From positions 81,964,001 through 82,028,000 of the forward strand of contig CM060731.1 in assembly GCA_030704615.1 (NCBI GenBank): a stretch of 64,000 bases of DNA, written 5' to 3'. Below the pieces are notes generated by a model. That model searched no databases. It saw only the letters and a program-made list of their open reading frames with translations, and was not told where the DNA came from. Positions within the stretch are counted from its first letter, which is position 1. The number at the start of each line of letters is the position of its first letter. A program made the position numbers and the translations under genes. Of the stretch, positions 36,761 through 47,930 are shown one piece after another. Origin of the DNA: Takakia lepidozioides (Eukaryota > Plantae > Bryophyta).

Positions 36761-37433
36761 TGGCTCCTTGATGCTCTCTAAGACAAGACTAAGCACTCCA
36801 CAGCCTTTGCCAAGCTCCTAAAACCCTAAGGCTTACATTTCCAGCCACAAGACACTTCTCTTGTGGTGCAAGAGCTCTTCTTCCAAGCTCTGAAACCCTA
36901 GGTGCACATTCCATGGCCTTGCCGCACCTCTTAGCTCCTGTTCCAGCCCTGCTCTTGCCATGACAAGAGCCCTCTCAATGCTGAAGCTCGAGATTGAAAC
37001 CCAATCTCACCATACTCCACAAAGTGCACTGATTTGCCCCAAGCAAAATCAGCCCTTTCGCTTGGTCTTGCAATCCTTCACACAATGAAAGCTCGCATTC
37101 CCAAGTCCAGTTCTCAGCTTTGCCACCAAAGCCACTATAACCTGCTCTTGACTGGTCCTCTTCCCAATCGTGCTTGCTCATGCATGTACACAATCTGAAA
37201 CCATCAAGGTGCTCTGGAATTACCTGCAGCATGGTGCTTTCATCTCTGAAGCTGAAGATCGAATGCCAAGGTCTACCACCTCGTAACCCACATCGCCTCC
37301 GCTTCTAACAACCAAGAGCTCCACGGTGCTCCTTGCATAACAACTTGGTTTCTCTCATTCTCAAGCAAAAACCACAAGTGCTACAACTAACTCGTATCTG
37401 GCACTCACAGATACGAGCTGATCTTTCTCGAGT

Positions 37434-37760
37434 GATAAAGAAGAAGAATACAAGCACAAGCTCATGCGAGCTCACAAAGCTGAAGCATAAACTCATGCAT
37501 ATATAACCTCATCACTCAAATACAAGTCAAGCCAAGTGCACCCCACGCCATGGGGAATCCACACTACGGCGCCATAGCTAGGCGCGGTGAGGCTCAACTC
37601 GAGAAAGATGAGCCTCCCGCGCTTGCCGTGAAGATAACCACTCCAGGGCCTAAATCTGCCTTGACCCCTGGATTGACACTTGGGCCAATCCCAAATGTCA
37701 ATATGTAAAAGATAGCTATTTCCTAGCTAGTTTCACACTAGTGGTAAAAATAACTTGACA
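37434..37760 (-). repeat. Repeat A1 (5' terminus of the element; starts TGTCAAG)
   Basis: About 99% identical to A2. Abuts the TSD and is not followed by a B repeat. Confidence 0.95.
37499..37506 (-). promoter_or_regulatory. Putative TATA box of the DNMT element
   Basis: TTATATAT on the minus strand about 65 bp before the end of A1, in a U3-like position. Confidence 0.45.
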
Positions 37761-37890
37761 TCATCTTTCAGGCCGTTCCGCTTTCGTGTTGTCTTGCTAG
37801 ACCCTATGATAAGGCCAATCTCAAGAACGATCGCAGACTGAACTCCAAGGTCTGATACCAAGTATCGCGCACCTCCCTTCGGCCCAGTTA
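37761..37890 (-). mobile_element. Host chromovirus remnant: LTR end, tRNA-iMet PBS and gag start
   Basis: Minus-strand GAGGTGCGCGATA-CT-TGGTATCAGA matches 40731-40755. Confidence 0.85.
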
Positions 37891-38029
37891 TCAACGTCAC
37901 ATCTGTCCGTCAGCGTTAGGTCATCTTAGACCTGATGCTGACAGGACCTCCATCACGTCAGGTTCGAGGAATATTCTGGTAAAAATAGTACCAGGTAAAA
38001 TACTGCCACTTAAGCAGTCACGTCGCCGA

Positions 38030-38960
38030 CACGGTGGCGGTGGCAAATACATTTTGAAAATTAAATGACACGGTGGCGATCGTTTTGTTTTTCGAAATTA
38101 AAAAAGAAATAGCGACCACCGTATAGGCGCTCGCTTCAATTTTTATTTTTTTTTAAACAAGATTGGCGGTCGCACTGGCGGACGCTTTATTTTTCGAAAT
38201 GAAAAAAGAAATATCGACCACCATATTGGCAGTCGCTTCAATTTATTTTTAAACAAAAGCAAGATTAACGCATTGGCGGTCGCCTAATGTTTTTTTAAAA
38301 ACAAGCGACTGCCGTATTGGCGGTCGCACAATTTTGCAAATATATACAAAACAAGCGACCGCCATATGGCGGTCGGATAATTTCAAATAAAAATAAAAAA
38401 ACAAGCGACCGCCATTTGGCGGTCACTTAATTTCAAAAATATATAGAAAAACAAGCGACCACCATATGGCAGTCAGTATATTTTTATGACATAGAAAAAT
38501 AAAAGCGACCGCCACACCGGTGGTCGCTTATTTTAAAATAATATAATATTTGCGACCGCCAAACTGGCGGTCGCTTAATTTAATAATATATTAAAATAAA
38601 AGCGACCACCAGCCTGACCGTCGCTAAAACTTGAAAATATAAAGATTAAAAGTGATCGCCTTACTGGCGGTCGCGTTTTTTTAAAGATATTAAGAATAAA
38701 AGCGACCACCATATTGGCGGTCGCTTTATTTAAATATATAAACAAATGAAGCGACCGCCATACCGGCGGTCGCATTTATTTTGAATTAAAAAAAATAGCG
38801 ACCGCCATAATGGGGCGGTCGCTTAAATTTAAAAATATACAAAATAGAAGTGACCACAATATTGCACAAAATGAAAAGAAATAAAAGCGACCGCAATAGT
38901 GGCGGTCGTTTTTTTCCATAAAAAATAAAAAATAGTGACCGCAATATTAGCGGTCGCTTA
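38030..38960. repeat. Array of about 18 palindromes (AAGCGACCGCC-N4-6-GGCGGTCGCTT) at about 50-bp period with A/T-tract spacers; probably a DNA-transposon subterminal region
   Basis: Units at about 38111, 38213, 38303, 38353, 38403, 38453, 38503, 38551, 38599, 38650, 38700, 38749, 38797, 38885 and 38933. Confidence 0.85.
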
Positions 38961-39394
38961 ATTTCAAAATTATAACAAATATGGTTGTATATGGTTGTAT
39001 AGTTTTCGGGGGGGGGGCTATTGGTTCATCATTTATTCATTTCACTTTCATTTCACTTTCATCCTTTCTGGATCATATATAAGGGAGCAAGGTCACCAAG
39101 CTTTTCACTTCTTTTGGCGCAAACACTTGAGGTTGCTTAGGATGTTCTCTTCCATTGAACGAGAGTGTAGCCCAAGAGGAGGGTGCACACCTTTTGCCAT
39201 TGTGGCTTCCATCAAAGCTACTTCAGCAGATTGTGCATAAGCTCAACACTACAACCCACATCGACCCACTTGGGTTGCTGACAGGTGTAGAAGTGTTGGG
39301 CTATCACATTGCACTCTATATTCACAACACGTTCATTTATAGGCGACTGTTTTTTGTTGCTTACATCACTAGGGCCCAGGGGAGTGGATATTGG

Positions 39395-40013
39395 ATGAAG
39401 ATAGGGAGGAATTGAGCCCTTGGTATATGACAATCCCGAACACTGTCAGTGCCACTGGTAGTGTTGAGTGCAACTTATGTGGATTCAAACTTTCTTATTG
39501 TAAGGATCGTTGCTCGCTCACCTCGGCTATGGAGGTGTGAAGAGCGTTTGGGTGGGTTTATGCTTTAAAACATCTATACGGGTAAAAAACCATTTTGCCC
39601 AGTGTGGAGGCAATATTCCAATATCTCTGGATTTGGACATAACCTCTGAGCAGAACACTCCATTTTCCCGTCAGGAAGTCCCGATTAGTACACAAGGCGA
39701 CTCTTGTGAGGCTTCAGGTGTCCTTGGACAAATGGATTGTGCGGGAGCAACACCTGCTTCAACACCTCTTTTTATCCCTACACTTCAACGGAGTAGAAGA
39801 TTACGGCAACAATCCATGTATGAAGGTCTTAACTTGTCTCCGAAAAGGCAGTTGGATAAAAAATAGGCGCAGTTTTTCGTCGAGGCCAACATATCATTTA
39901 ATGTGGCAAGGCTTCCGGCATTTGTTTCTGTCGTTAGAGCAACCTCGGAGTCCAGATCCACGTACGTGCCTCCGACTTATCACAATCTCCATACATGATT
40001 GCTAGAAGACGTC
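39395..40013 (+). pseudogene. hAT transposase 5' remnant (BED zinc finger plus start of a DUF659-like region)
   Basis: W...SVECNLCG...RLLAHL, then KRQLDKK*AQFFVEANISFNVARLPAF...YVPPTYHNL. Contains stops and a frameshift; truncated by the LTR at about 40015. Confidence 0.75.
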
Positions 40014-43000
40014 ATGTGTCGCGGCCCTTCGCCTTGAGGGCAGGGGATCGGGACACAAAAGGGGCTGCCCCTGTGGTGGGGGTAGTGGCAACAATAGATA
40101 CGGGGGCTGAAGCACCTTTGAATGCCCAAGGCACTCAAGGAGGCAGAGGCGCTCACTAGGTGGAACCCCGCACACGGGGTTGCGGTGGGGGTGGTTCCAC
40201 GAGGGATGGTGGTAGCTTAGTGGGATTTAGTGGGGGTGGCATAGGACTCACCATGGGGCGGAGACCTTTGTGGTGGGAATCGTGGGGAGTCTTGGGACTC
40301 ATCACGGTCCAATGGGGCCGTGGTGGGTAGGCCAAGACTCACCGCGACTCACCACCGGGAATGGAGGGTCTTCGTGGTGGTTCGTCATAAAAGGACAGTG
40401 TTGTTTGTGAAACCCCCGCGGACAGTCACAGAAGTATATATAGGAGTAGTAAGTAACTGAGAACGGTGCAAGCCCATTTGTGACCAAAAACTAGTGAGTA
40501 AGCGTGCGAGCCGGAAAACGACCAAGGTGTGGGGAGCTGTTCTGGACTGCCAACAACCAAAGGGAATTTCCACTAGGCCCAAATTGAGAGAGGGTCTTGT
40601 GGAAGAGCAAAAGGGGACCGTTATATCCCGGTGAGCAGCCGAAGCTTCGAGTTGGCCCGGCGGCCAGTTTGGGAGTTAGGCGCGCAGATCAAAGCGAATA
40701 ACTATAACTTAAAGGGGAGCTTACCGAAGTGAGGTGCGCGACACTTGGTATCAGAGCTTAGAGTTTAGTACGCGATCGTCCTTGAGATCGGCCTCATCAT
40801 GGGGTCGGGCAAGCCAAAGCGAAAGCGGAACGGCCCGAAAGATGATGATCCTGGTGAACCCGGTGGAGGCGACATGTCACCGAAGAGGCAATTTGAAGAG
40901 ACGATTCATGCTTTTGAAAGCGAGGCCACTCAAGAACGGGAGGAATCTGGGGAGTTAGAGCTCGAGGACTTCCCGGAGGCTCCGGCAGACCAACAGATGC
41001 CTCCCATGCCAGCAGCCTTTTGGGAAGGGTTGTTGGCGCAGTTTGGCGGGACGTTGAAAGACGTGTTGAGGGCGGCTAATGTCATTTCCACGAAGGCAAA
41101 GTTTAAGGTGAAGCCTAAGGAACCCGACACCTTCGAGGGCATCCAAAATCGGAAGGCACTCAACACGTGGCTCTTGGAGCTAAAGCAGTACTTCCGCGCG
41201 CCTTCAAGCATCATGGACTCCCGAAGGATATTGTCTCGGACTGCGATCCAAAGTTTAGAAGTAAATTTTGGAGGGCACATTTGGAAGAAGATGGGGACGA
41301 GACTCAAGATGAGTACGGCCTTCCGACCTACGACGGACGGCCAAACGGAAAGAGTGAATTCCATGGTGAAGCAGATCTTGCGGAATTATGTATTGGCAGA
41401 CCATCAAGACTGGGTTGGGGGTGGAAGGTGGAACATTTGGAAATGCCGGGGGGGGGGGCAGAGTTTGTTATAATAACACAAAACACGCTGCCAACGGGAA
41501 GGGGAGTTTCCTCTTTCGTATTGGTCAGGGAAAAGCACCTCCGGTGCCGACGACAAGTTGGGCCGCCCAAGGATGTTGAGGAACCGGCCGTAGTAGTTAG
41601 CAGCGGTGCTGGAAGAACACGAGCGTTTGTTGGAGCTTGCAAAATACAACATTGCCAAGCCAGGAAGGGGAAACGTATGAACGGCAGACGAATCAGAGCG
41701 GAAGGAAGAGGGAAGCTAAGTTTGAGGCGGGTACGGAGGTCTGGTTGAACATTAAGAATTTTCGACTACCTTCGGAAGCGAGTCCGAAGTTCGTACCTCC
41801 GTATGCGGGGCCCTTTCGCATACGGAAGGTTATGAATGAGGAGTGTGTATGAATGGAGCTGACGGCAAACAAAAACAAGGTGCATCGGGTAATTCACGTA
41901 TCTCCCCTTTTGCAGCCTTACTTCAAAGATGAAGCGCGTCCGAATCGGCATTAAATGTTGCGTCCCGCCACCTGTGACTGTTGGATCATGAAAAATGAAC
42001 CGGGAGAGTACGATGGTGGAGTGGTGGAGGCAGGAGTGCTTAAGTCGAGGAGGTTCAAGAATCGAGAAAGGAGTAAGGATCTCGTGAAATGGGAAGGGCT
42101 CTATCATGGAGGCAACTTGGGTGCGTGCCTCAGAGAAATGGGGAAACGCATCCGAGGAGGCAGTTGAAGCTTTCGAAGGGCGACCTCAAAAGCGGGGAAG
42201 AAGCGTTGATGGGGCATCAAACCTTGGATCGTGGGGAGGAAAATGCATGCTTAGGCCGGCTTGCTTAGCTCAAGGAGGAATCGATTTGCAAAAAACTTAT
42301 GTTGTACAAATTTTGTTATAAATGAAATGGTTCCAAATGTTGTGTGTCTTCTTATTTTGTTTGGAATGGTGATGCATTGGTTATGGTTGGCTAGTGTGTA
42401 GAATGCATGCTAGCTTACAAAAATGGGAGAGGTAAATTGGGATTAATCGTGTGTTGCGCAGTGCCGAAATCGGGTGACTCCCATCCAAGGGGCAAGGAAA
42501 CTTGCGCCCTTCTTTGGGGAGTTCACGTGCTAGTGCGCACCTGCGCGCGTGCGCGTAGTATAACTGCGCTACCGAGGGGGTTGCCTTGTAGTGCAGGCTA
42601 ACACGAAAGCTACGTGGTTCCGTTCACGTACTATAATCATGTAGCCTCGGGACGAAAAGTCGTAGTGTGGCTTCGGCGTGTTCCCGTACCTCAGGCCAGC
42701 ATTCCAAGGCGGACCCAATTGTAGTGATTTGGGCGCACGGTCAGTTCAAGGTTATCTTCCTAGTCAAAAAAAGGGTTCAAGGTGAACCATTGCTCAAGGT
42801 GATGCCAAAAGCGACATCATGAGTGGTCGCAAACAATGTTGTTGCAGTAAGGTGATTTGATCCTCGGGGAGGATCGTTCCTTGGCCTGAAGTGGGCCAAG
42901 AAGAGTGCACTGGGTGGAGCTTGAGAGCTCCACCTTGGCCGGGGACTTAGAAGAAGCCGGCCGCCGAACTAGCTAGTGGAGAGCTGATCAAGTGGGGGGG

Positions 43001-43658
43001 GTTTGGGTTCTTTGCCATGGGACGCCATGGTACGGAAACAAACTCCTTGATGTGGGACGCCACAACTTGGATGTTCGTTTCTACAAAATGGACAAGTCGA
43101 TGAGGACATCGACTCCCTGTGGGTAGGGGTGTGTGTCGGGGCCCTTCACCATGAGGGCAGGGGGTCGAGACACAAAAGGGGCTGCCTTTGTGATGGGGGC
43201 AGTGACAAAAATAGATACGGGGGCTGAAGCACCCTTGAGTGCCCCAAGGCACTCAAGGAGGCGGAGGCGCTTCACTAGGTGGAACCCCGCACACCGGGTT
43301 GCGGTGGGGGTGGTTCCACGAGGGGGGTGGTTTAGCTTAGTGGGACTTCTTAGTGGGGGTGGCATAGGACTCACCATGGGCGAAGACCTTTGTGGTGGGA
43401 GTCGTGGGGAGTTTTGGGACTCATCACGGTCCAATGGTGCCGTGGTGGGTGGGCCAAGACTCACCGCGACTCACCACCGAGAATGGAGGGTCTTCGTGGT
43501 GGTCTGCCATAAAAGGACGGTGTTGTTTGTGAAACCCCTGCGGACAGTCACAAAAGTATATATATGGAGTAGTAACCCCGAGGAGAACGGTTGCAAGCCC
43601 GTTGGTTACCAAAAACTAGTGAGTAAGCGTGCGAGCCGGAAAGCGACCAAGGTGTGGG

Positions 43659-46600
43659 CGAAGTAAAGTCGCCCCGTCTCCTGCGTCGTTGTCGTCTCCT
43701 TGGTGGGGATGAAATGGCCTATTTTACTAAACCTATCCACCACCACCATGATTGCATCGAATCTTTTTGACAGCGGCATAGCAGTCATGAAATCCATCGA
43801 GACACTTTCCCAAGACCCCTCTGGAATCGACAAGGGTTGTAACAGCCCCGCTTGCTTTTTGTACTCGCTCCAGTTTTGTTGGCATGTGGTGCATGTCTTG
43901 ACATACTCTTCGGCCTCCCCCCTCAGTTTAGGCTAGAAATACTCTTTCTTCAAGAGTGCCGCGGTGCGCTTGGCTCCACCGTGGCCCGCAAGCAGGCCAT
44001 CGTGGCATTCCCTCAAGAGACTATCTCTGATCCCTCCCTTCGGCACGTAGAGGCGCTTTTGCTTGTACCGGAGCAATCCATTGTGCAAGTGGAACTGCGA
44101 TTTAACTCACATCCTCAAGTCCCGCATCACGGACTTCGCCATCTCATCCTTACGGTAAGCCTTCCGGATCTTCCTTTGGAGCGTCGTCTCGCCCTTGTAC
44201 ACCAACATAAGCAGCTGCTTTCTACTTAAAGCATCGGCCACCACATTGTCCCGTCCCGGTTTGTACTGGATATCCACGTCAAACACCGTCAAAGTGTCTT
44301 GCCACCTAAGTTGTTTTGGGGGCAACTTAGGTTGCGTGGCAAAATACTTTACCGTGACATTGTCCGTGAACACCTTTACCGGGTTGGAACCAACATAGTG
44401 GCGCCAAAGCTCAAGGCAATGCACCACTGCCTTCATTTCTTTCTCATGCGTAGGCCACCGTCGCTCCACTTCATTCAGTTTCTTACTTTCATAAGTCACG
44501 GGACGTCCATCCTGCACACCCCCAATTGCAAAGTCCGACGCATCTGTATGAATCTCAAATGGACGGTCGAAACTCGGGATTTTCAGCACTGGAGCTTCCG
44601 CCATCCGCTGCTTCAACTCGACAAAGGCTTGGCCACAAAAGGTGTTCCATACCCATATCTTGGACTTACATAGAAGGTCTGACAGCGGCCCGTGATCTTG
44701 GCAAAATTTCTTACATACTTTCGGTAATAGGAGGCGAGTCCTACGAAGGTTCGCACTCCCGGGACCAAAGTCGGAGGCTCCCAGTCCAAGATCGCTCTCA
44801 CTTTTTTGTCATCCATTTTGATCCCATCCTGTGTAATCACATGCCCTAGGAATTCCACTTTTGTGACCCCGAATTTGCACTTTGAAGCTTTGGCGTATAG
44901 CTTCCCTTCCCCTGGAACCCCATTTTGAGGTGCTCTAGGTGCTCTTCCTTCGTTTTCGAGTACACCAAGATGTCGTCGATGTCACAAAGTCATCCAACCA
45001 CTCCTGGAAAAGGCCGTTCATTAACGTGCGAAAGGTCGCGGGTGCGTTGGTGAGCCCAAAAGGCATCACCAAGAACTCATATGAACCATATCTTGTTCTG
45101 CACACGGTCTTCTCCTCATCTCCTTCTGCCATTCGGATTTGATGGTAGCCGGAGCGCAAATTGATCCGGCTGAAATACTTCGCTCCTGCCAATCGATTGA
45201 AGAGGTCGTCGATCCTTGGCAAAGGGTACCGGTTTTTTATAGTCACCTTATTTAGAGCCCTGTAATCGACACACATCTGCAGCGTCCCATCTTTCTTGTC
45301 GGCGAATAGCACCGGGGCTCCATAAGGTGACTTATTTGGCCGGATGTACCCCTTTGACATTAGATCCTTGAGCTGAGCCTTCAGCTCGACCAACTCTCTG
45401 TGGCTCAACTAAGTTCAATAAAATAGATATGGGTATAGATATTTCATTTGATGACTTCATTTCATTATTACATATTGATACGAGTCCCTACTGCAACAGC
45501 TCCTACTGCAACGATTCCTCTTCAACAGATTACGAGAGAACCAAAGATTAGCATGCCCGAGAAATTTGATGGGACGAGATCAAGATTTCGCGGTTTTGTT
45601 CAACAAGTACGACTGTTCCTACGACTACATCCACAACAGCTCCGTTCCCGGTATCACCTCAATTTTGTGGTCAACTCCTCTTCGCGGTAGCAAGCCGCTT
45701 GGTAAATCCTCCGGCATCACATCCTTGTATTTTTCCAGGATCCCTTTGATCCAGTCTGGGCTAGGCTCCCTATCGTCTTCTCCTTCCACTTGTCTTACGT
45801 AAAACAAAAACTGGGGCTCGTGTGGCTCCTCCGTGGCCCACTCCTTTGCTGACAGCAGGTTTATTTGCCCTCCCACTGGGTTGGGCGTTTCCGACACCCG
45901 TAACACTTTGCCACCATTCCCACACAGTAGCGTGACTATTCTCTTGTGGCCATCTATGACCGCTCCGGATTTGCTCAAAAAGGTCATCCCCAAAATGAGA
46001 TCCACTCCATCGATCTCGCAAATGGTGAAGTTCTCACATCCCTCCCAACTCCCGAGCTGAAGAGGAACATCGAATGCCAACCTCGTCGCCAATTGTGGTT
46101 CTCCTTTAGCCGAACGCACTTCAATGGAGGCCCCCACATCACTTGTCGGGAGCCCCAGCTTCCGTGCCGTTGCCAGTGTCATGAAGGAGTGCGACGCTCC
46201 TGTGTCCACCAACAACGATACGGTAGTTCCGGAACTTATCCCGCTCACGAACATTAACTGACTCCCTTTTCGCAAGGGGCCAGTCTCCTGATACAACTCA
46301 CAAGAGTAGTTGCCTACCTTGCAAGTCTTGGCGACCACCGCTTCCACCAAGCGGCTAATGGAATCTTCGGACAGCTCCGTGGTCGCCCGAGTTATGTTCA
46401 ATTGACGGGGCTTCGCGCACTTCTTAGCCATGTGCCCGAGCTCCCCACAATTAAAGAACACCCCATCAAAGGTCGCCTTCTGTCCACCATAAGCCGTCGC
46501 ACCTGATTTTCCTTTCGGAGCACCGAGTGCCGCATTGACGTGTGAAGGCCCTCCCTTCGATTTCCATGTGCCATTGTCGCCGCGTGGCCTATCCCACTTC

Positions 46601-47067
46601 TTTTCTGGTCGGAATGCGTCACCCTCTCGCCGAGTCTTTTTGTGGTTCAGCTCCGTACGGCCTTTTCTTTCGCCCCTAGGGACATCTAAGAAACATTCAG
46701 CCCTTTCAATTGCCTCGTTCAAAGTCTTAGGTGGCTTCTCCTCCAACTTCCGCCTGGCCCATGGGGCCAGTCCCGCCACAAAGTTGAAGACATTTCTGGT
46801 TCCGCCATATCCGCGACTTCGAGCAACAGCACATTGAAAGCCTGAACATATCCCCGAATGTCGTCCGTTTGCTTCAAATTCCTCATCTTGTCCCAGGCGA
46901 GCCAGGACGCGTTGTGGGGCACAAACTGTCTTTTCATAAGTTCCTTGAACCCACTCCAGCTCAAGGTTTCTGGGTTTGGACCTTGGTCATGAAGGCGTTT
47001 CTGCCACCATTATTGAGCATAGCCCCTCAAATAGGTTGGAGCCACTTCCACCCGATCCTCGTCACTC
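43659..47067 (-). pseudogene. pol: Inverted gag-PR-RT-RH-IN(N-terminal) core of the chromovirus, lying inside its 3' LTR
   Basis: gag SWSGFKELMKRQF, zinc knuckle [35 protein letters not shown] and [12 protein letters not shown], RNase H HTDASDFAIG, integrase WESVSMDF...VVDRFSK. Many frameshifts. Confidence 0.88.
45410..45637 (+). mobile_element. Filler fragment from a different Ty3/Gypsy gag
   Basis: REPKISMPEKFDGTRSRFRGFVQQVRLFLRLHP. It replaces about 7 codons between protease and RT of the host core. Confidence 0.7.
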
Positions 47068-47349
47068 AGCTGTTCCGGACTGCCAACAACCAAAGGGAAT
47101 TTCCACTAGGCCCAAATTGAGATAGGGTCTTGTGGAGGAGCAAAGGGGGTGACGATACTGAGTCTAAGAGGGAATCATCTGCCTCCGATAGTGAAGATAG
47201 ATCCGATGATGCTCCCGAAAATGCGTATGACCCGTTTACGTTCACAGAAGATAATGCTTACATCCAACCGACCTTTGACGACCTTCTTGAGGAAGTACGT
47301 ATCGCAGATGAAGGTGAAGCTGCAATTGTGTTTATGCACTTTGCCTAGT

Positions 47350-47930
47350 CCTGTAATTTGTGTACATTTGCGATTTTGTAGTTGCAGTTAAAGTCTGCAA
47401 GGGCCAATTATACTCAATTAATTACTATGATCGTAGCTCATCTTTTTTGTCTAATGAATTTTATGCTTTAAAGAACCTCTTGAATTGCAGCCATGAGCAG
47501 ATCCACCCCAAGTGGTTCACTAACTTGAATAACACCACAGTTGATATAGCCGGATGGGAAGTAAACTTGGGCCATGATAAGAAAAACCTTCAATATGCGG
47601 TTCGGGAGATTGTGACTTGAGAGACCTTTGCAATCATGGTAGACAAGATGAAATCCGAATGCTCAAGTGTACACCTAAATTCATAATCTGGCATTTTAGT
47701 GTGGTTCCGTTTCTGTTACTTTGTAAACCAGGCTAATATATTGATGTTTGATCTGTTGGATCACAGGTGTAGCCACTCAGCTCATTGATAAATTCAAGTT
47801 TTGCTTTCTCAAACATTCAGTTCTCGATACTATAGGAATTATAAACTCCAATACCAGTTGTGAAAGAAGCTGAGAAGGGTTTTCCCAAGCATTCAATGGA
47901 TATTTTCAAATTGTTTTTTGGAATTATCCT
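47350..47930 (+). pseudogene. Probable hAT-family transposase internal remnant
   Basis: ICDFVVAVKVCKGQLYS...EF..L...HEQIH.KW..LN and QLIDKFK..F.KHSVLDTIGII resemble bryophyte hAT-like transposases from memory. Contains stops and frameshifts. Confidence 0.45.

Larger units (their letters stand above)
25001..37760 (-). mobile_element. Ty3/Gypsy-type retrotransposon carrying a C5 DNA methyltransferase and a PHD finger, with split direct repeats (A1-internal-B1-A2-B2)
   Basis: Termini TGTCAA...CGACA. 4-bp TSD TCAT (24997-25000, 37761-37764), checked against the uninterrupted host-family copy at 40831-40860. Domain order Gag-PR-DNMT-RT-RH-IN-PHD. Confidence 0.93.
40015..47150 (+). mobile_element. 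Degenerate, rearranged Ty3/Gypsy chromovirus: partial 5' LTR 40015-40743, PBS 40746-40757, gag fused to integrase 3' part, chromodomain, PPT about 42232-42240, 3' LTR about 42244-43658 plus 47068-47150
   Basis: TGGTATCAGAGC PBS. 40015-40533 aligns with about 43132-43658, and 40535-40615 aligns with 47068-47150. Integrase HGLPKDIVSD.DPKF, TDGQTERVN, PPYAGPF. Chromodomain LVKWEG...EATW. Confidence 0.88.

Noticed and set aside
25001-37760. DIRS/Ngaro classification based on the split repeats
   Set aside because: No tyrosine recombinase is present. There is a protease, an HHCC-DDE integrase, TG...CA ends and a TSD, and the methyltransferase is C5-type rather than the adenine-type of DIRS.
38030-38960. 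CRISPR-like repeat-spacer array
   Set aside because: Eukaryotic context, no cas genes, degenerate repeats, and spacers that are low-complexity A/T tracts resembling one another.
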